A DNA stretch of 64,000 nt from Cyanophora paradoxa CCMP329. Taxonomy: Eukaryota > Plantae > Glaucophyta. The stretch's first letter is position 1. Each line of letters begins with the position of its first letter. The stretch covers positions 186,001 to 250,000 of the forward strand of contig QPMI01000602.1 of NCBI GenBank assembly GCA_004431415.1, given 5' to 3'. Shown here piece after piece: positions 40,662 through 50,926 of this stretch. A model generated the notes under the pieces. The model was not told where the DNA came from. It searched no databases and saw only the letters and a program-made list of their open reading frames with translations. Both the position numbers and the translations under genes were made by a program.

Positions 40662-40948
40662 TCACACATAGTAAAATGCGGAGTTTTAACCCTCGGCTTA
40701 TCTTAATTGATTTTGTTGATATATCTCGTATATTCTATTTCAATCAATCGATAATCTGTGTATATCTTATCGAATATTCAATTATTTCGATTATTTTGTA
40801 TTCTTTTCGATATTTTATCGTAAATCTCTCTTATTTTCCGATTAGTCTTACTGAGTCTATCGATAATCTGTATATATTTCCGAATAATATAACTGAATCT
40901 CAATTAGATCTTGCCTCTGGTTAAAACTCCGCATTTTACTATGTGTGA
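40662..40948. repeat. 287-bp unit bounded by perfect 30-bp inverted repeats at the host/virus junction
   Basis: TCACACATAGTAAAATGCGGAGTTTTAACC (40662-40691) and its exact reverse complement (40919-40948). Confidence 0.9.
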
Positions 40949-41200
40949 TTGGTCTAAAAGTTAATTGATTTAATCGATATTATATTCATGTACTTTCTCG
41001 ATTAAATTTAATTAAATTTAATTCATTTAATCGGAAATATATCGCTAAACTCGATTAAGATCCATAAAAGATTCATTTGTTTAATAAAACAAATCGATCT
41101 CTTATTGAATTCAATCGTAATTATACATGAAACTTATATGATTTGATCATTGTTTTATTGAGTCTAAGGGGGGACCCTTAGGAATTTAATGAATAATTGG

Positions 41201-41290
41201 GTGTCACAGGTGTCACAGGTCCATCCATCGAAAGGGAAAATCACTCTTTATAGGGCTTGAGCTGGGATAAACCTGTGACACCTGTGACAC
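41201..41290. repeat. Inverted iteron cassette, copy 1
   Basis: GTGTCACAGGTGTCACAGGT, 50-bp spacer, ACCTGTGACACCTGTGACAC: a perfect 20-bp inverted repeat built from tandem 9-mers. Confidence 0.85.
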
Positions 41291-42329
41291 ATACCATATT
41301 CAGTAAGGACCTCATATATTGTTAAAATCTCAGTGTTAGTTGGTGTAGTTGATTCAAAAAATGCATTTATACTCTGATTCATTGTTATTTCCTGTGAAAT
41401 TTGAGTCAACTCAACCCACTTAGTCAACCCTTGCATTGAATTCGTAACAAAATCCATATACTATTACTACTTTTACGATTAATATGAGTCAACCTTGAGT
41501 CCACTTAAATATAAATATAATATAATAGGGGGAATGAAGGGGATATGCTACTAAATGCAGTGCTAGATTGATGGGATCATATATGTAATTACGTTTATCA
41601 AAGCAATATAATATAGGTGATTATTCGATATCATAAGTTGATCGAAACGATAAGTATATGGTTATAAATCGCGATTTTTGAGTTATAATCGAATTTAATC
41701 GATTTAATTTTGAATTTCAAAACTCGCTTTAATCGTAATAACGATCTATACACATTGAGATTCGTATATGTGATTGCAAGTTATTGTTATGTAGGATATA
41801 TGTGATTATATTCGACCGTCAGTGCATCGATTTGATAACTTCCTAGTGATCTATATTAAAAACTCACGTTTAATGGATTTTAATCGAATTTAAAATCAAA
41901 ATTCAACATCGGTTTCATTGCGATTTGGAGTCACAGGTATCGAAAATCCTCAATGTGATAGTAGCGCTGTGACCGCCTTAAAATGCTCGATTTTATGACG
42001 TTTGCAGCGCATCGATTTGAGCATGTGGTGTTGAGCTATCGTAGCAAACGTGAATATTGAGTTTCTAGACGGGTACAGCATTAATCTAGAAAAAAACGCG
42101 TTTTTTTTTTACTTTTCAAGTTTCACGGCGAACGAAGTAAAGGTTCCCGGTCGGATTGAACCTCAGCATCTTCAAACGGTTATATCTCATCACCAGATCA
42201 TCAAAACGCAACGTTCTGCATATCGCTGTGAAGCGCTTGATAAGAGCTACAAGACTATGTGTATATCATATGCATATATGTATATCAGTCATACATATAT
42301 TTGGAAAAAACGAGTTTTTGCCTAGCAAA

Positions 42330-43715
42330 CTAGCTAGTTTTGGTCCTTTCTCTTAGTGTTCTTTGAGGTTTAGGGGCTGTATATGACTCCTTAGTAGTCT
42401 GAAAGTCATTATACCATCTCTGGCTATTCACTTCTGAAAGTTTCTGTGTCCCTGCTATAGTGAGCTTTTTGAGTTCCCTATTAACTTTGCCAGCCTTCTC
42501 CTTTCTAGCCTCTATCAAAGGCTTATCTGGGACTTCATTAGCAGCTTCTATGCCTTCTCTCCTTATAGCAGCATCAACCCTGGCTTCCTCCTTGGCTTGC
42601 TCTAAGGCATCCACTGTAGGGGTTTCTAGATATTCAACTGCATTCACAGGCAACAGCTCATGGAAAGCAAACCTGTTTTCTATGATCTCACCAGTGGGAC
42701 TCCTTAGCTTAAACTTAAAGCCTTCCCTACTATCAACAGTGTAAACCATCCTAGACCAATTGTTACCCTGTTTAGCAAAGGGATTTTTCTCAACTTTCAC
42801 TCTAACAAACATGCCAGGCTGCATGGTATCAAGGTAAGCTATTGATTTCTTGAATCTTTCATCTTCTAATCCCACTATATACCTATAATGCTCCTCTGTA
42901 GTTTCGCCTGGCTTCATCTTAGTAGCTGAGTGAACTGTATTATTGTAATTATACTCAATATCACCTAACACATCAAAGAATCTAGCTGTGTTATTAGCTA
43001 TGCAGTAGTTTGTGATCAGTCTCTTAATCTGCTTGTTAAAGGCTTCAATTCGACCTTGGCTTCTATGGTCAGCAGTTCCACTCACTTGGTGTTCTATGAA
43101 TTTACTAGATAAATACTCCTGGAATATTCGATTTTGGAATTCACTCCCAGCATCTGATTGAACTTTTACTATGGGTCTTGCCACTCTCATTTCAAGCTGC
43201 TTAAATGCAGCTAATGTAGTGAGAGCTGATTTATCTCTTATAGGTATGATATACCCAGTTCTCAGTGTTGATTCCATAGCAGTCATAAATGTATCATAGC
43301 CATTGTTTTGTTTCTTATAAGCTGGGAAAAAGAGCAAATCAATCACATAGGTATCAAGGGGTTGCCTTATTGGAACCATGGGATCTCTCTTCCTAGATAT
43401 AGCAGGTGCATTGATCTGAACTACCTCTTGTTTTTTATAGAACTCTTGCAATTGCTTATAGGATTCATCAGGTAACTCAGCCCTCATGGCTTGAAGCCCT
43501 TTATAACCAGTTCTCACATCATAGAATCTCTTGGCAATCTTGCTGGTTTCTTTCACTGCAATTGCAACTGGAATCTCTACTGGGACAAGCTCTTTCATCT
43601 CTGACTTTTTAACAATTCGAGATTCTCCCTTTTCCTCCTTGGGAACTGTGATGGGCAGTAGGTTACCTTGTAGTTGCTCAGTGGTTCTCCTAACTATTCT
43701 TCCAGTTGCTGGCAT
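42330..43715 (-). CDS. Retroviral-type (rve) DDE integrase
   Basis: YVIDLLF (D), VQSDAGSEF (D), QGRIEAFNKQIK (E), YNNTVHSATKMKP; Polinton/mavirus-type. Confidence 0.93.
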   Translation of the reverse strand: MPATGRIVRRTTEQLQGNLLPITVPKEEKGESRIVKKSEMKELVPVEIPVAIAVKETSKIAKRFYDVRTGYKGLQAMRAELPDESYKQLQEFYKKQEVVQINAPAISRKRDPMVPIRQPLDTYVIDLLFFPAYKKQNNGYDTFMTAMESTLRTGYIIPIRDKSALTTLAAFKQLEMRVARPIVKVQSDAGSEFQNRIFQEYLSSKFIEHQVSGTADHRSQGRIEAFNKQIKRLITNYCIANNTARFFDVLGDIEYNYNNTVHSATKMKPGETTEEHYRYIVGLEDERFKKSIAYLDTMQPGMFVRVKVEKNPFAKQGNNWSRMVYTVDSREGFKFKLRSPTGEIIENRFAFHELLPVNAVEYLETPTVDALEQAKEEARVDAAIRREGIEAANEVPDKPLIEARKEKAGKVNRELKKLTIAGTQKLSEVNSQRWYNDFQTTKESYTAPKPQRTLRERTKTS

Positions 43716-43718
43716 CTC

Positions 43719-46700
43719 TTAATTAAAAGGAACAGAATTAATACCATCTGGTAAGATGTATCTCTTTGCATCAAAGCAGTTTAGGGCAACCCTTCTACTT
43801 ACAGTATCTATTATTGTGTGATCTGCCCTTCTCTTCTGCTTTGCAGTCACAGTCTTGCTGATACCTGCAAATAAACACTGCTTAAAATCATTAAATTGGA
43901 GTTCCTCAGTGGAAGTCCCAGAGAGCTTACTTCTCTCAATCTCAGCAGTTCTGAAACTGTAAACTTTTGCTCTCAGACCTACATACTCCAGTATTGCAGA
44001 GCCAGGCATTTCATTTTTGTATTTACCTGGGGTCATTCTGTTAGATCGCCCTAGGTCCAAGGCATAAGATATATTCTCTATATCTTTTTGTAAGGTCTTA
44101 GATTCAATATATAGACAGAAGGAGTCAGTATCATGGAATAGTAACTTTGCTTTTGTCCATTGGGACCTTACAGTATCATAGAAGAACTGGTAATTATGCA
44201 GTTTGGCTGCATCCAAAACATAAGCCCCAATTGCAACAGGCTTATCTGGTTTCACATGCTTTGTGTAAAACTCAAAGGCAACTGCTTTTTCGTTTATGGG
44301 GCTTGTTGATTTCACCAATGGGGAAGCTGCATATTTCATAAATAGTTTCTCACTGTTTGCAATCTTAACCACAGATCTACCTCTACATGATTCAATGCAT
44401 TTCCCATAGATTGAATTATTCATGAGCTTATAGAAATCAGCCTCGAATTTATTCACTGCTTTCCTTCTCATGTCAGTATTCAGCTCAATATAGGGTTTCA
44501 TTACAGGAGCCACAGTAAATGATAGGACCCTGTGAACTTTCTTTAATTTCACCCCTTTGTCCAACAGATATTGCAGAAGAGGCTCAGAAATCACATAGTT
44601 TGCCACAGAACCAAAGGTTGCAGTTAGCTTTGGGGTTTTATCAAGCTCTTCTCCTGAAAGATCTAAAAGGCTCTTTTGATATTGTGATAATTCGGCATAA
44701 TCTATTATTTTCTTGTTAATGATTAGGGGGAAATCACTGTGATCTAGAAACAGCCTAATTGGGTAATCCAGATCAACTTCCAGGAAACTGGATCTGTTAT
44801 CTTGTGGGTTGAATTCGGTCTCCCATCTAAAATCACCAACTGGGATTGGCTGACTCAAACAGTAGCCATACAAGTTGTTAGCATCAAACAGCATAATGTG
44901 GGAGTTTTCACCATCAGCCTCAGCATACCTACAAGGCATTGTTGCAAAGCCACCCCTGATTCCCCTCTCAACAAATTCGTATTGCTCTACATCACTTATA
45001 AGCTCTATTTTTGCCTTGGTGGTCCTTAACATAGAATCCCAAGATAACCCAGGGGCAGATACATAATGAACTGGGTCAAGTCCATATACTGAGTGTGAAA
45101 GCCTTCTAAAAGCCTGGAATTTGTTCATTAACTCATCTACATCAGCAGCCCCAAAGTCCATGAAATTACTTGCATCAATGAACTTGTAAAGACCCCATTG
45201 CAATGAAAGGTATTGATCAAAGTTTTTTGAGAGGATTTCGATTCGTTTTTTATCTCCCAAGCCTGCTATTTTTCTGAAAATGAATGTCCCACAGTCATCC
45301 ATTTGGTCAACAACAACTGCAACTTTGGTTTGCTTTGAGATTCTCCTATGGAGATTGCAGTTTCTGCATGCAGGAGCAATGTAATGACCTGTGTGGTGGT
45401 CATGATCTCTGCATTTAAAGTTTTCCTTGGTGAACCTCTCACTGCAAAGGTAACAGTGTTTGGTAGCTCTGTAAATTGCTTTCTGCTCATCTGTGAGTTC
45501 ATTCATAGGAATATTGGTAAACAGAAAATCGATCAGTTCTCTTGCTTTGGACTCCAAGCATTCAAACAGACCTCCCATTGGATCATGCCCCTCAAATCGA
45601 AAATCTTGAACATCTGCCCCAGTGACTATTCTAATGTTGACTGCTGAGACTTCCCTCTTGGATTTCGATGCATCAATGGGGATGCTTCTATGTGCAATCT
45701 TGCAGTAGACCACAACAGGAAGCCACACAGTTTTCCTGAGGTTTTTCAGTCCAAACTCTATGGTGGTCTCAGGTTTAGGGGTGATTCCCTTTGAGAGTCT
45801 CCAATCAATGCATCTGTTTGAGTCCACATGAGCAGTGAGTTTAGCCTCAGACCTGAATCGAGATAAGCATGTGTCACAGTAGTGTAACTTTTGATCCTTG
45901 GTTTTATCAAGGGCAACTCTTAGAAGTCTTGAGAGTGACATAATAGTAATATAGTGACCATTCCCTTCATCATCATGAATGAGCATGAGATTAATCTTTT
46001 GCTTTCTGCCTGGGTTGCTGGATTGATGCAGTGGATATATAACATCTCCATCCATTCCAAAGATGTTTATGCTAATGCCTGCATTTTGAGCTTCGAATTT
46101 ATCAATGATTTCAGCATCACAAGGAACAGGGAATGGGATATTGTCGAAATTGAGAGCCAAAGGATTGTATGTGGTTGGTGAGTATTTCCATTTGCGATAT
46201 TGTGTAAGCTCACTTCTCTTGTGGGAATTTACATCTTTCCTATGGATCCATGCCAAAATGGCATTTTCAAAGCAAGAATCATCAATATTTCGAATATTCA
46301 CTGTGGCTCTCTTGGCTGCAATTGATTCTGGTGTTTTAACATAGCAACCACCAGTTGGGGCATAACTCATAATAGCTACTCTGAGCATTTCGATTCTCTC
46401 AAGTCGATAGCTATCAACCACATTCATCTGCTCCTGACACATTTGGGCTGCTTTATTCAGCTCAGTTCGAATATTTCTCGATTTAGTTAATACAAAATAA
46501 TCGCTGTAAACGTATTTCGATATCCAAACCTGTGGATTGCTGACTTTAACGAACTTGCAGATAAACGACAAGCGAACTTTGATTGCCCTGAATTGATCCA
46601 GACTATCCCTTAAACGTTTTGGTAGAGAGGTTGCAATTCTATCTAAATATTCAATCACATCTACCACAACTTCCCTTCTGGCTCTGTATGTGAGCCAGCG

Positions 46701-46964
46701 ATATAATTCATTCATGGCTGTGCCATCTTCTGCCTCTGGTTCTATTTGCCTCAGGCGATCGAGTTCATCAAGAGTCTCAACTTTGTCATAGAGGTTATTG
46801 GCTTTTCTGGTTAATTTGGACAAAGTGGGTCTCCCCCTTGAAATAAATCCGATTTCGCGGTCATATTCAGCCTCAGTGATTTCATGGGCTGCATACAGTG
46901 TTCCCAGTAATCCCATGAGTTCCCATTTCTTCTCTCTAATGAGTCTGTTGCTAATTCGGGGCAT
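43719..46964 (-). CDS. Protein-primed family B DNA polymerase (Polinton type)
   Basis: Motifs FDANNLYG, KLMNNSIYGK, HDTDSF, EYVGLRAKVYS; C2H2 finger; endonuclease-VII-like CYLC...RDHDHHTG...CRNCN. Confidence 0.95.
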   Translation of the reverse strand: MPRISNRLIREKKWELMGLLGTLYAAHEITEAEYDREIGFISRGRPTLSKLTRKANNLYDKVETLDELDRLRQIEPEAEDGTAMNELYRWLTYRARREVVVDVIEYLDRIATSLPKRLRDSLDQFRAIKVRLSFICKFVKVSNPQVWISKYVYSDYFVLTKSRNIRTELNKAAQMCQEQMNVVDSYRLERIEMLRVAIMSYAPTGGCYVKTPESIAAKRATVNIRNIDDSCFENAILAWIHRKDVNSHKRSELTQYRKWKYSPTTYNPLALNFDNIPFPVPCDAEIIDKFEAQNAGISINIFGMDGDVIYPLHQSSNPGRKQKINLMLIHDDEGNGHYITIMSLSRLLRVALDKTKDQKLHYCDTCLSRFRSEAKLTAHVDSNRCIDWRLSKGITPKPETTIEFGLKNLRKTVWLPVVVYCKIAHRSIPIDASKSKREVSAVNIRIVTGADVQDFRFEGHDPMGGLFECLESKARELIDFLFTNIPMNELTDEQKAIYRATKHCYLCSERFTKENFKCRDHDHHTGHYIAPACRNCNLHRRISKQTKVAVVVDQMDDCGTFIFRKIAGLGDKKRIEILSKNFDQYLSLQWGLYKFIDASNFMDFGAADVDELMNKFQAFRRLSHSVYGLDPVHYVSAPGLSWDSMLRTTKAKIELISDVEQYEFVERGIRGGFATMPCRYAEADGENSHIMLFDANNLYGYCLSQPIPVGDFRWETEFNPQDNRSSFLEVDLDYPIRLFLDHSDFPLIINKKIIDYAELSQYQKSLLDLSGEELDKTPKLTATFGSVANYVISEPLLQYLLDKGVKLKKVHRVLSFTVAPVMKPYIELNTDMRRKAVNKFEADFYKLMNNSIYGKCIESCRGRSVVKIANSEKLFMKYAASPLVKSTSPINEKAVAFEFYTKHVKPDKPVAIGAYVLDAAKLHNYQFFYDTVRSQWTKAKLLFHDTDSFCLYIESKTLQKDIENISYALDLGRSNRMTPGKYKNEMPGSAILEYVGLRAKVYSFRTAEIERSKLSGTSTEELQFNDFKQCLFAGISKTVTAKQKRRADHTIIDTVSRRVALNCFDAKRYILPDGINSVPFN

Positions 46965-47031
46965 TGTTCCTAACTTGTTCCTAATAAAAGGAGAGGTTTT
47001 AAATGGGGTATTCTGAACACAAAATTTGATG

Positions 47032-47070
47032 AAAACTACTTAAAGAAATATCTTCTATATATATAAAAAG
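47032..47070 (+). promoter_or_regulatory. Conserved viral upstream motif (putative promoter)
   Basis: AAAACTACTTAAAGAAATATCTTCTATATATATAAAA, nearly identical to 48323-48360; shorter variants at ~47870 and ~50890, each upstream of an ATG. Confidence 0.7.
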
Positions 47071-47073
47071 ACA

Positions 47074-47856
47074 ATGGCAGAGAAGAGATCTTATTGCCTG
47101 GAAATATTGAAAGCTGAACTTTTGAGAATATGTGGATCTGATAATTTCAATAATTATGTTGCTCTGGGTAGTAACAGAAAGCTGCTCCCCCTTTGGGCAA
47201 AACTTGCCAAGTATGGATTAAGTGACACAGACCTGCCCCCAGAGTCTAAGAATTGCGCTTGCAATCATTATATTCAAGAGCAGTGCTATATTTTGCATGT
47301 GGATAAAAAGATTGTGGTCATAGTTGGCAACTGCTGCATTAAACGATTTATGCCAAAGGGTGCCAGGGGTCAAGATATATGCGAAAAATGTGGAGATCGG
47401 CATAAAAACCGAAAAGATAATTTCTGCAATAAGTGCAGGATTATCAGAAAGCAAGAGGAAGAAGAAAGACAAAAGCAGCTTGAAATAGAGAAAAGAGAGA
47501 CAAGGCAGAGAGAATATGAAGAAGAAAGGGCAAGAAAGAAACATGCAGTGAACCTTTTCCTGATTTGGTGCAACCAGTTTATACCAAAAATGGATAATCT
47601 TCGCAGAGATGATATAGAGAGGTTCAGAGAGGGCAGATCTGCATTGATTGAAATGTATGCAGAACTCAGTACTACAAATACATTGGTTGCTGGGTTTCAG
47701 GTGCCATATCTTAAAAAGGATATTGCAAAAGGACTAGATTGCAGATGGAATAAGGACAAGAAAACATGGGAGACCTTGGAAATCGAACCATTTGTAGCAT
47801 TGCTAGGTAAGCATTTCAAACTTATGTATATTGAGCGATTTGGACAAAGAGGTTAG
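47074..47856 (+). CDS. Viral Cys-rich protein with C-terminal DUF5710-like motif
   Basis: CACNHYIQEQCYI...VGNCC, CEKC...CNKC, a charged coiled coil, then VPYLKKDIAKGLDCRWNKDKKTW. Confidence 0.75.
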   Translation: MAEKRSYCLEILKAELLRICGSDNFNNYVALGSNRKLLPLWAKLAKYGLSDTDLPPESKNCACNHYIQEQCYILHVDKKIVVIVGNCCIKRFMPKGARGQDICEKCGDRHKNRKDNFCNKCRIIRKQEEEERQKQLEIEKRETRQREYEEERARKKHAVNLFLIWCNQFIPKMDNLRRDDIERFREGRSALIEMYAELSTTNTLVAGFQVPYLKKDIAKGLDCRWNKDKKTWETLEIEPFVALLGKHFKLMYIERFGQRG

Positions 47857-47912
47857 AGAACAAAAAATGATTTAAAGAATTCTCTATATATATTAAGAGA
47901 GAAAGAGGAAAA

Positions 47913-48167
47913 ATGCCACTCAGTGAAGCGCAGAAGAGAGCTATGAAAAGATATCAGCAAACTGAAAAAGGTAAGGCTCAAATCAAAAAGTTTAACGAAA
48001 AAATAGCCACACAGCTTAGAGATCTATATAACACTGATGACACCTATAGAGCCATGAAAATAGCAAGTTCATGTCAGCGAAAGTATGCAGCCAATGCAGT
48101 CTGCTTTGTCAAGTATTTGTATGATGTCCCTTACTCAAATCGAGGGAGAAAATCGAAACATGTCTAA
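47913..48167 (+). CDS. Small basic viral protein
   Basis: MPLSEAQKRAMKRYQQTEKGK; preceded by the TTAAAG motif. Confidence 0.65.
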   Translation: MPLSEAQKRAMKRYQQTEKGKAQIKKFNEKIATQLRDLYNTDDTYRAMKIASSCQRKYAANAVCFVKYLYDVPYSNRGRKSKHV

Positions 48168-48322
48168 ATTATTTTTCCCAGCATATTACTAGGCTGGGAT
48201 ATGCTGTTTATTCGCTGAAATACTACTTTATCGTTTTTGTATCTGAACCACTCGATATATGATGTGGATAAATTTCGTAGGGATACTTTCTCGATTTCCA
48301 ACAAAAAATGATTGGGGGACCC

Positions 48323-48360
48323 AAAACTACTTAAAGAAAAATCTTCTATATATATAAAAG
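48323..48360 (+). promoter_or_regulatory. Second near-identical copy of the viral upstream motif, flanked by an inverted repeat
   Basis: ATTGGGGGACCC - motif - GGGACCCCCAAT, directly upstream of the primase-helicase. Confidence 0.7.
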
Positions 48361-48379
48361 GGACCCCCAATCGCTGAAA

Positions 48380-50706
48380 ATGAACGCCAAACAGACCAAG
48401 TTAATTAAATCGCTCGCTAACTGGCTTCGTTCTGATGAGGAACTGTCCAAAAACATGATTATCCCTGTGAAACCTGACAGCAAAGACCCTGTTTTCAAGC
48501 ATAAGGGAGGTGCTTGGTCCTGGGAAAAGTATGAGGAAGCGCTGGCAACTAATCAGTATGTATCTTGGGGCATTCTGCTCTCAGAAAACATGATGGTTAT
48601 TGACTTTGATGATGAGGAGAACTTCGAGAAATTCCGGGATATGTTTCCTGATGACTTTGATGCCAATCAACCCATGGCAAAAACTAAAAAAGGCTATCAT
48701 GTCTACTTTAAACGACCTGAGGAGTTCAATAAACTCAAAATTACCGATACGGCTCCTGGCTTTAAAGGCTTTGAGAAGGTTGACCTGAAAACAATCACTG
48801 GAACTGGAACTTCTGGATTAATTAATGTTTGTCCCAGTGTCAACAAGACCTGGGTAATTGCTCCATGGGATGATACCTGTGATTTCAATGAGCCTACTGA
48901 TGAGTTTAAAAAGTGGATTGCAGAGAACTATATCTATAAGAGTGAGTATACTGCTAGTGCTAGCTCAAATGATGAACTGGAAAAGAGTATTCTTAAAGAG
49001 CTGGTGGATATGGGCTTTATGCATCCCAATATAATCTCTAAAACTGAACTGGGCTTTAACTTTGATGCTGCCAATAAGGGACTCAATTGCCCATGCTGCA
49101 ATGGGTCACATGAATCGAATAACTGGTATGTTATGAAAGCCAAAGGGGAAGATAAAAAGTATATTGTGTCCAGCTACAGTGGCAATTGCAAAAAACGATT
49201 TATCTTCATTGGAATGCAATCTGATATCTTCAATCTCATTGATAAATCCGCTGGCTCTGGAGGCGCTCATTATGATGTCAGTCTTGTGTGCAAAGAGGTC
49301 CTACAACACACTTGGAGATACTCCAAAAAGTCATGGTTCAAACTCAATACTGATACTGGGATTTGGGAGCATGATGACACAAACCAAAAGATTTACCTAG
49401 ATATTAGTTGCCTTGTTGTCCCTCAATACCTTGGCAGGGCTGTGCATTATAGCCAAAGAGCTTTGAAGGATGAAGAGAATAGAACAGCTTTCGAAGAGAA
49501 ATCGAAAACATTAATTTCTATTGCCAAAAATCTTAAACAATCAGGATATCGCAAATCCCTTCTGACTGATCTGCTCCCTCTGCTGAATGATGATGAGTTC
49601 TATGAAAAGATTGATACAGTTCCATATGTAATTGGATTCGATAATGGTGTATTTGATCTGACAACTATGACTTTCAGAAAGGGTAAACTGGAAGATATGG
49701 TGAGCAAGAGTGTGGGTTATGATTTTACTGAGAATGTAGACCCCAAGAAAGTGGAGCATCTCAATCAGATTTATAGAGAGATTGTAGATGATCCAGCAGA
49801 GCGAAACTATCTTCTGGCATCTATTGCAATTGCTTTGAGTGGATCAACAAAATCACAGAAGTTCTATATGTGGACTGGTGCTGGTGCTAATGGTAAATCA
49901 CTTGTTCAGGAATACTGCAAACAGATATCTGGGGCTTATTACAGCCCTCTCGAAATATCCTATTGGACCAAACCTAAGAAGAACTCATCAGATGCTACCC
50001 CTGAACTTGCCAAACTCCTGGGAAAGCGACTTGTATTCAGTAATGAGGCTGAAGATGGTGATAAACTGCAAATTTCCAAAATTAAGGAGGTCACAGGTGG
50101 AAATGAAATGACTGTGAGAGCCTTGTTCAAAGACCCAGTAATCCTCACTCCAATGTTCCAGGTTTACATTACAACTAATGACAATTTGACTATAAATAAA
50201 CCAGACTTTGCAATTCAAAGAAGGCTTTCATACCAGAGATTCAATAATATATTCAGAGAGAAGCCTGAAGCTGGTCAAAAGAAAGCTGACCCAACTCTGT
50301 TCACACTTCTTCACAATGATGATGAGTATAAGATGGCTCACATGAAGATATTACTGGATATGTGGAAGAACAAAGAAGTTGAAGAGATCTTAAGAAATCC
50401 CCTCAATCGATTATTGAGCAGGGAATAAACTTTATAGCTGAAAATGACAAGATTGGTGAATGGCTTAGGGATAATTTCGAAGTTACCCATAATGCAAACG
50501 ACTTTGTTTCGAGTGATACCATTTACAAATCATACAGAAGTGTCGATGATAAAGTTGAATGTGTTTCTGTGATGAAGAGAGTAAGGGAAATCTTCAATGT
50601 GAAATCAGAGGTTAAACGAATTCAGGGAACCAGAGCAAGGGGCTACATTGGACTTCGAAAGATAACAAGGGTTCAAGAAGACAATGGAGAGGATGTTGAA
50701 TATTAA
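48380..50706 (+). CDS. Prim-Pol primase fused to D5-like SF3 helicase; frameshift at ~50400
   Basis: Prim-Pol motifs VIDFD and KTKKGYHVYF; CPCC...H; D5_N IGFDNGVFDL; Walker A GAGANGKS. The C-terminus continues in the -1 frame (PQSIIEQGINFIAENDKIGEWL...RGYIGLR...*) to 50706. Confidence 0.9.
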
Positions 50707-50766
50707 ACAAAACGATTTATGATTGAAATGTATATGTAATTTTTATAGCCTTACTGGAAATGGTGT

Positions 50767-50859
50767 TGTTCACAGGTGTCACAGGTCCATCCCATCTAGG
50801 GGGCTATAAAACGAAAAATGACCAGGGGACGATAAAAACCTGTGAACACCTGTGACACC
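50767..50859. repeat. Inverted iteron cassette, copy 2 (candidate replication origin)
   Basis: TGTTCACAGGTGTCACAGGT, 51-bp spacer, ACCTGTGAACACCTGTGACACC; 60 bp downstream of the helicase stop. Confidence 0.85.
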
Positions 50860-50926
50860 TATCGAAAAAGACCAAAATTTGACAAGAATACTTAAAGCTT
50901 ACTTGATTGTGTATAGTGAAGACAAA

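Noticed and set aside
40676-42356. Short ORFs in the left terminal region
   Set aside because: Low-complexity AT-rich translations overlapping repeats, with no recognisable motifs.
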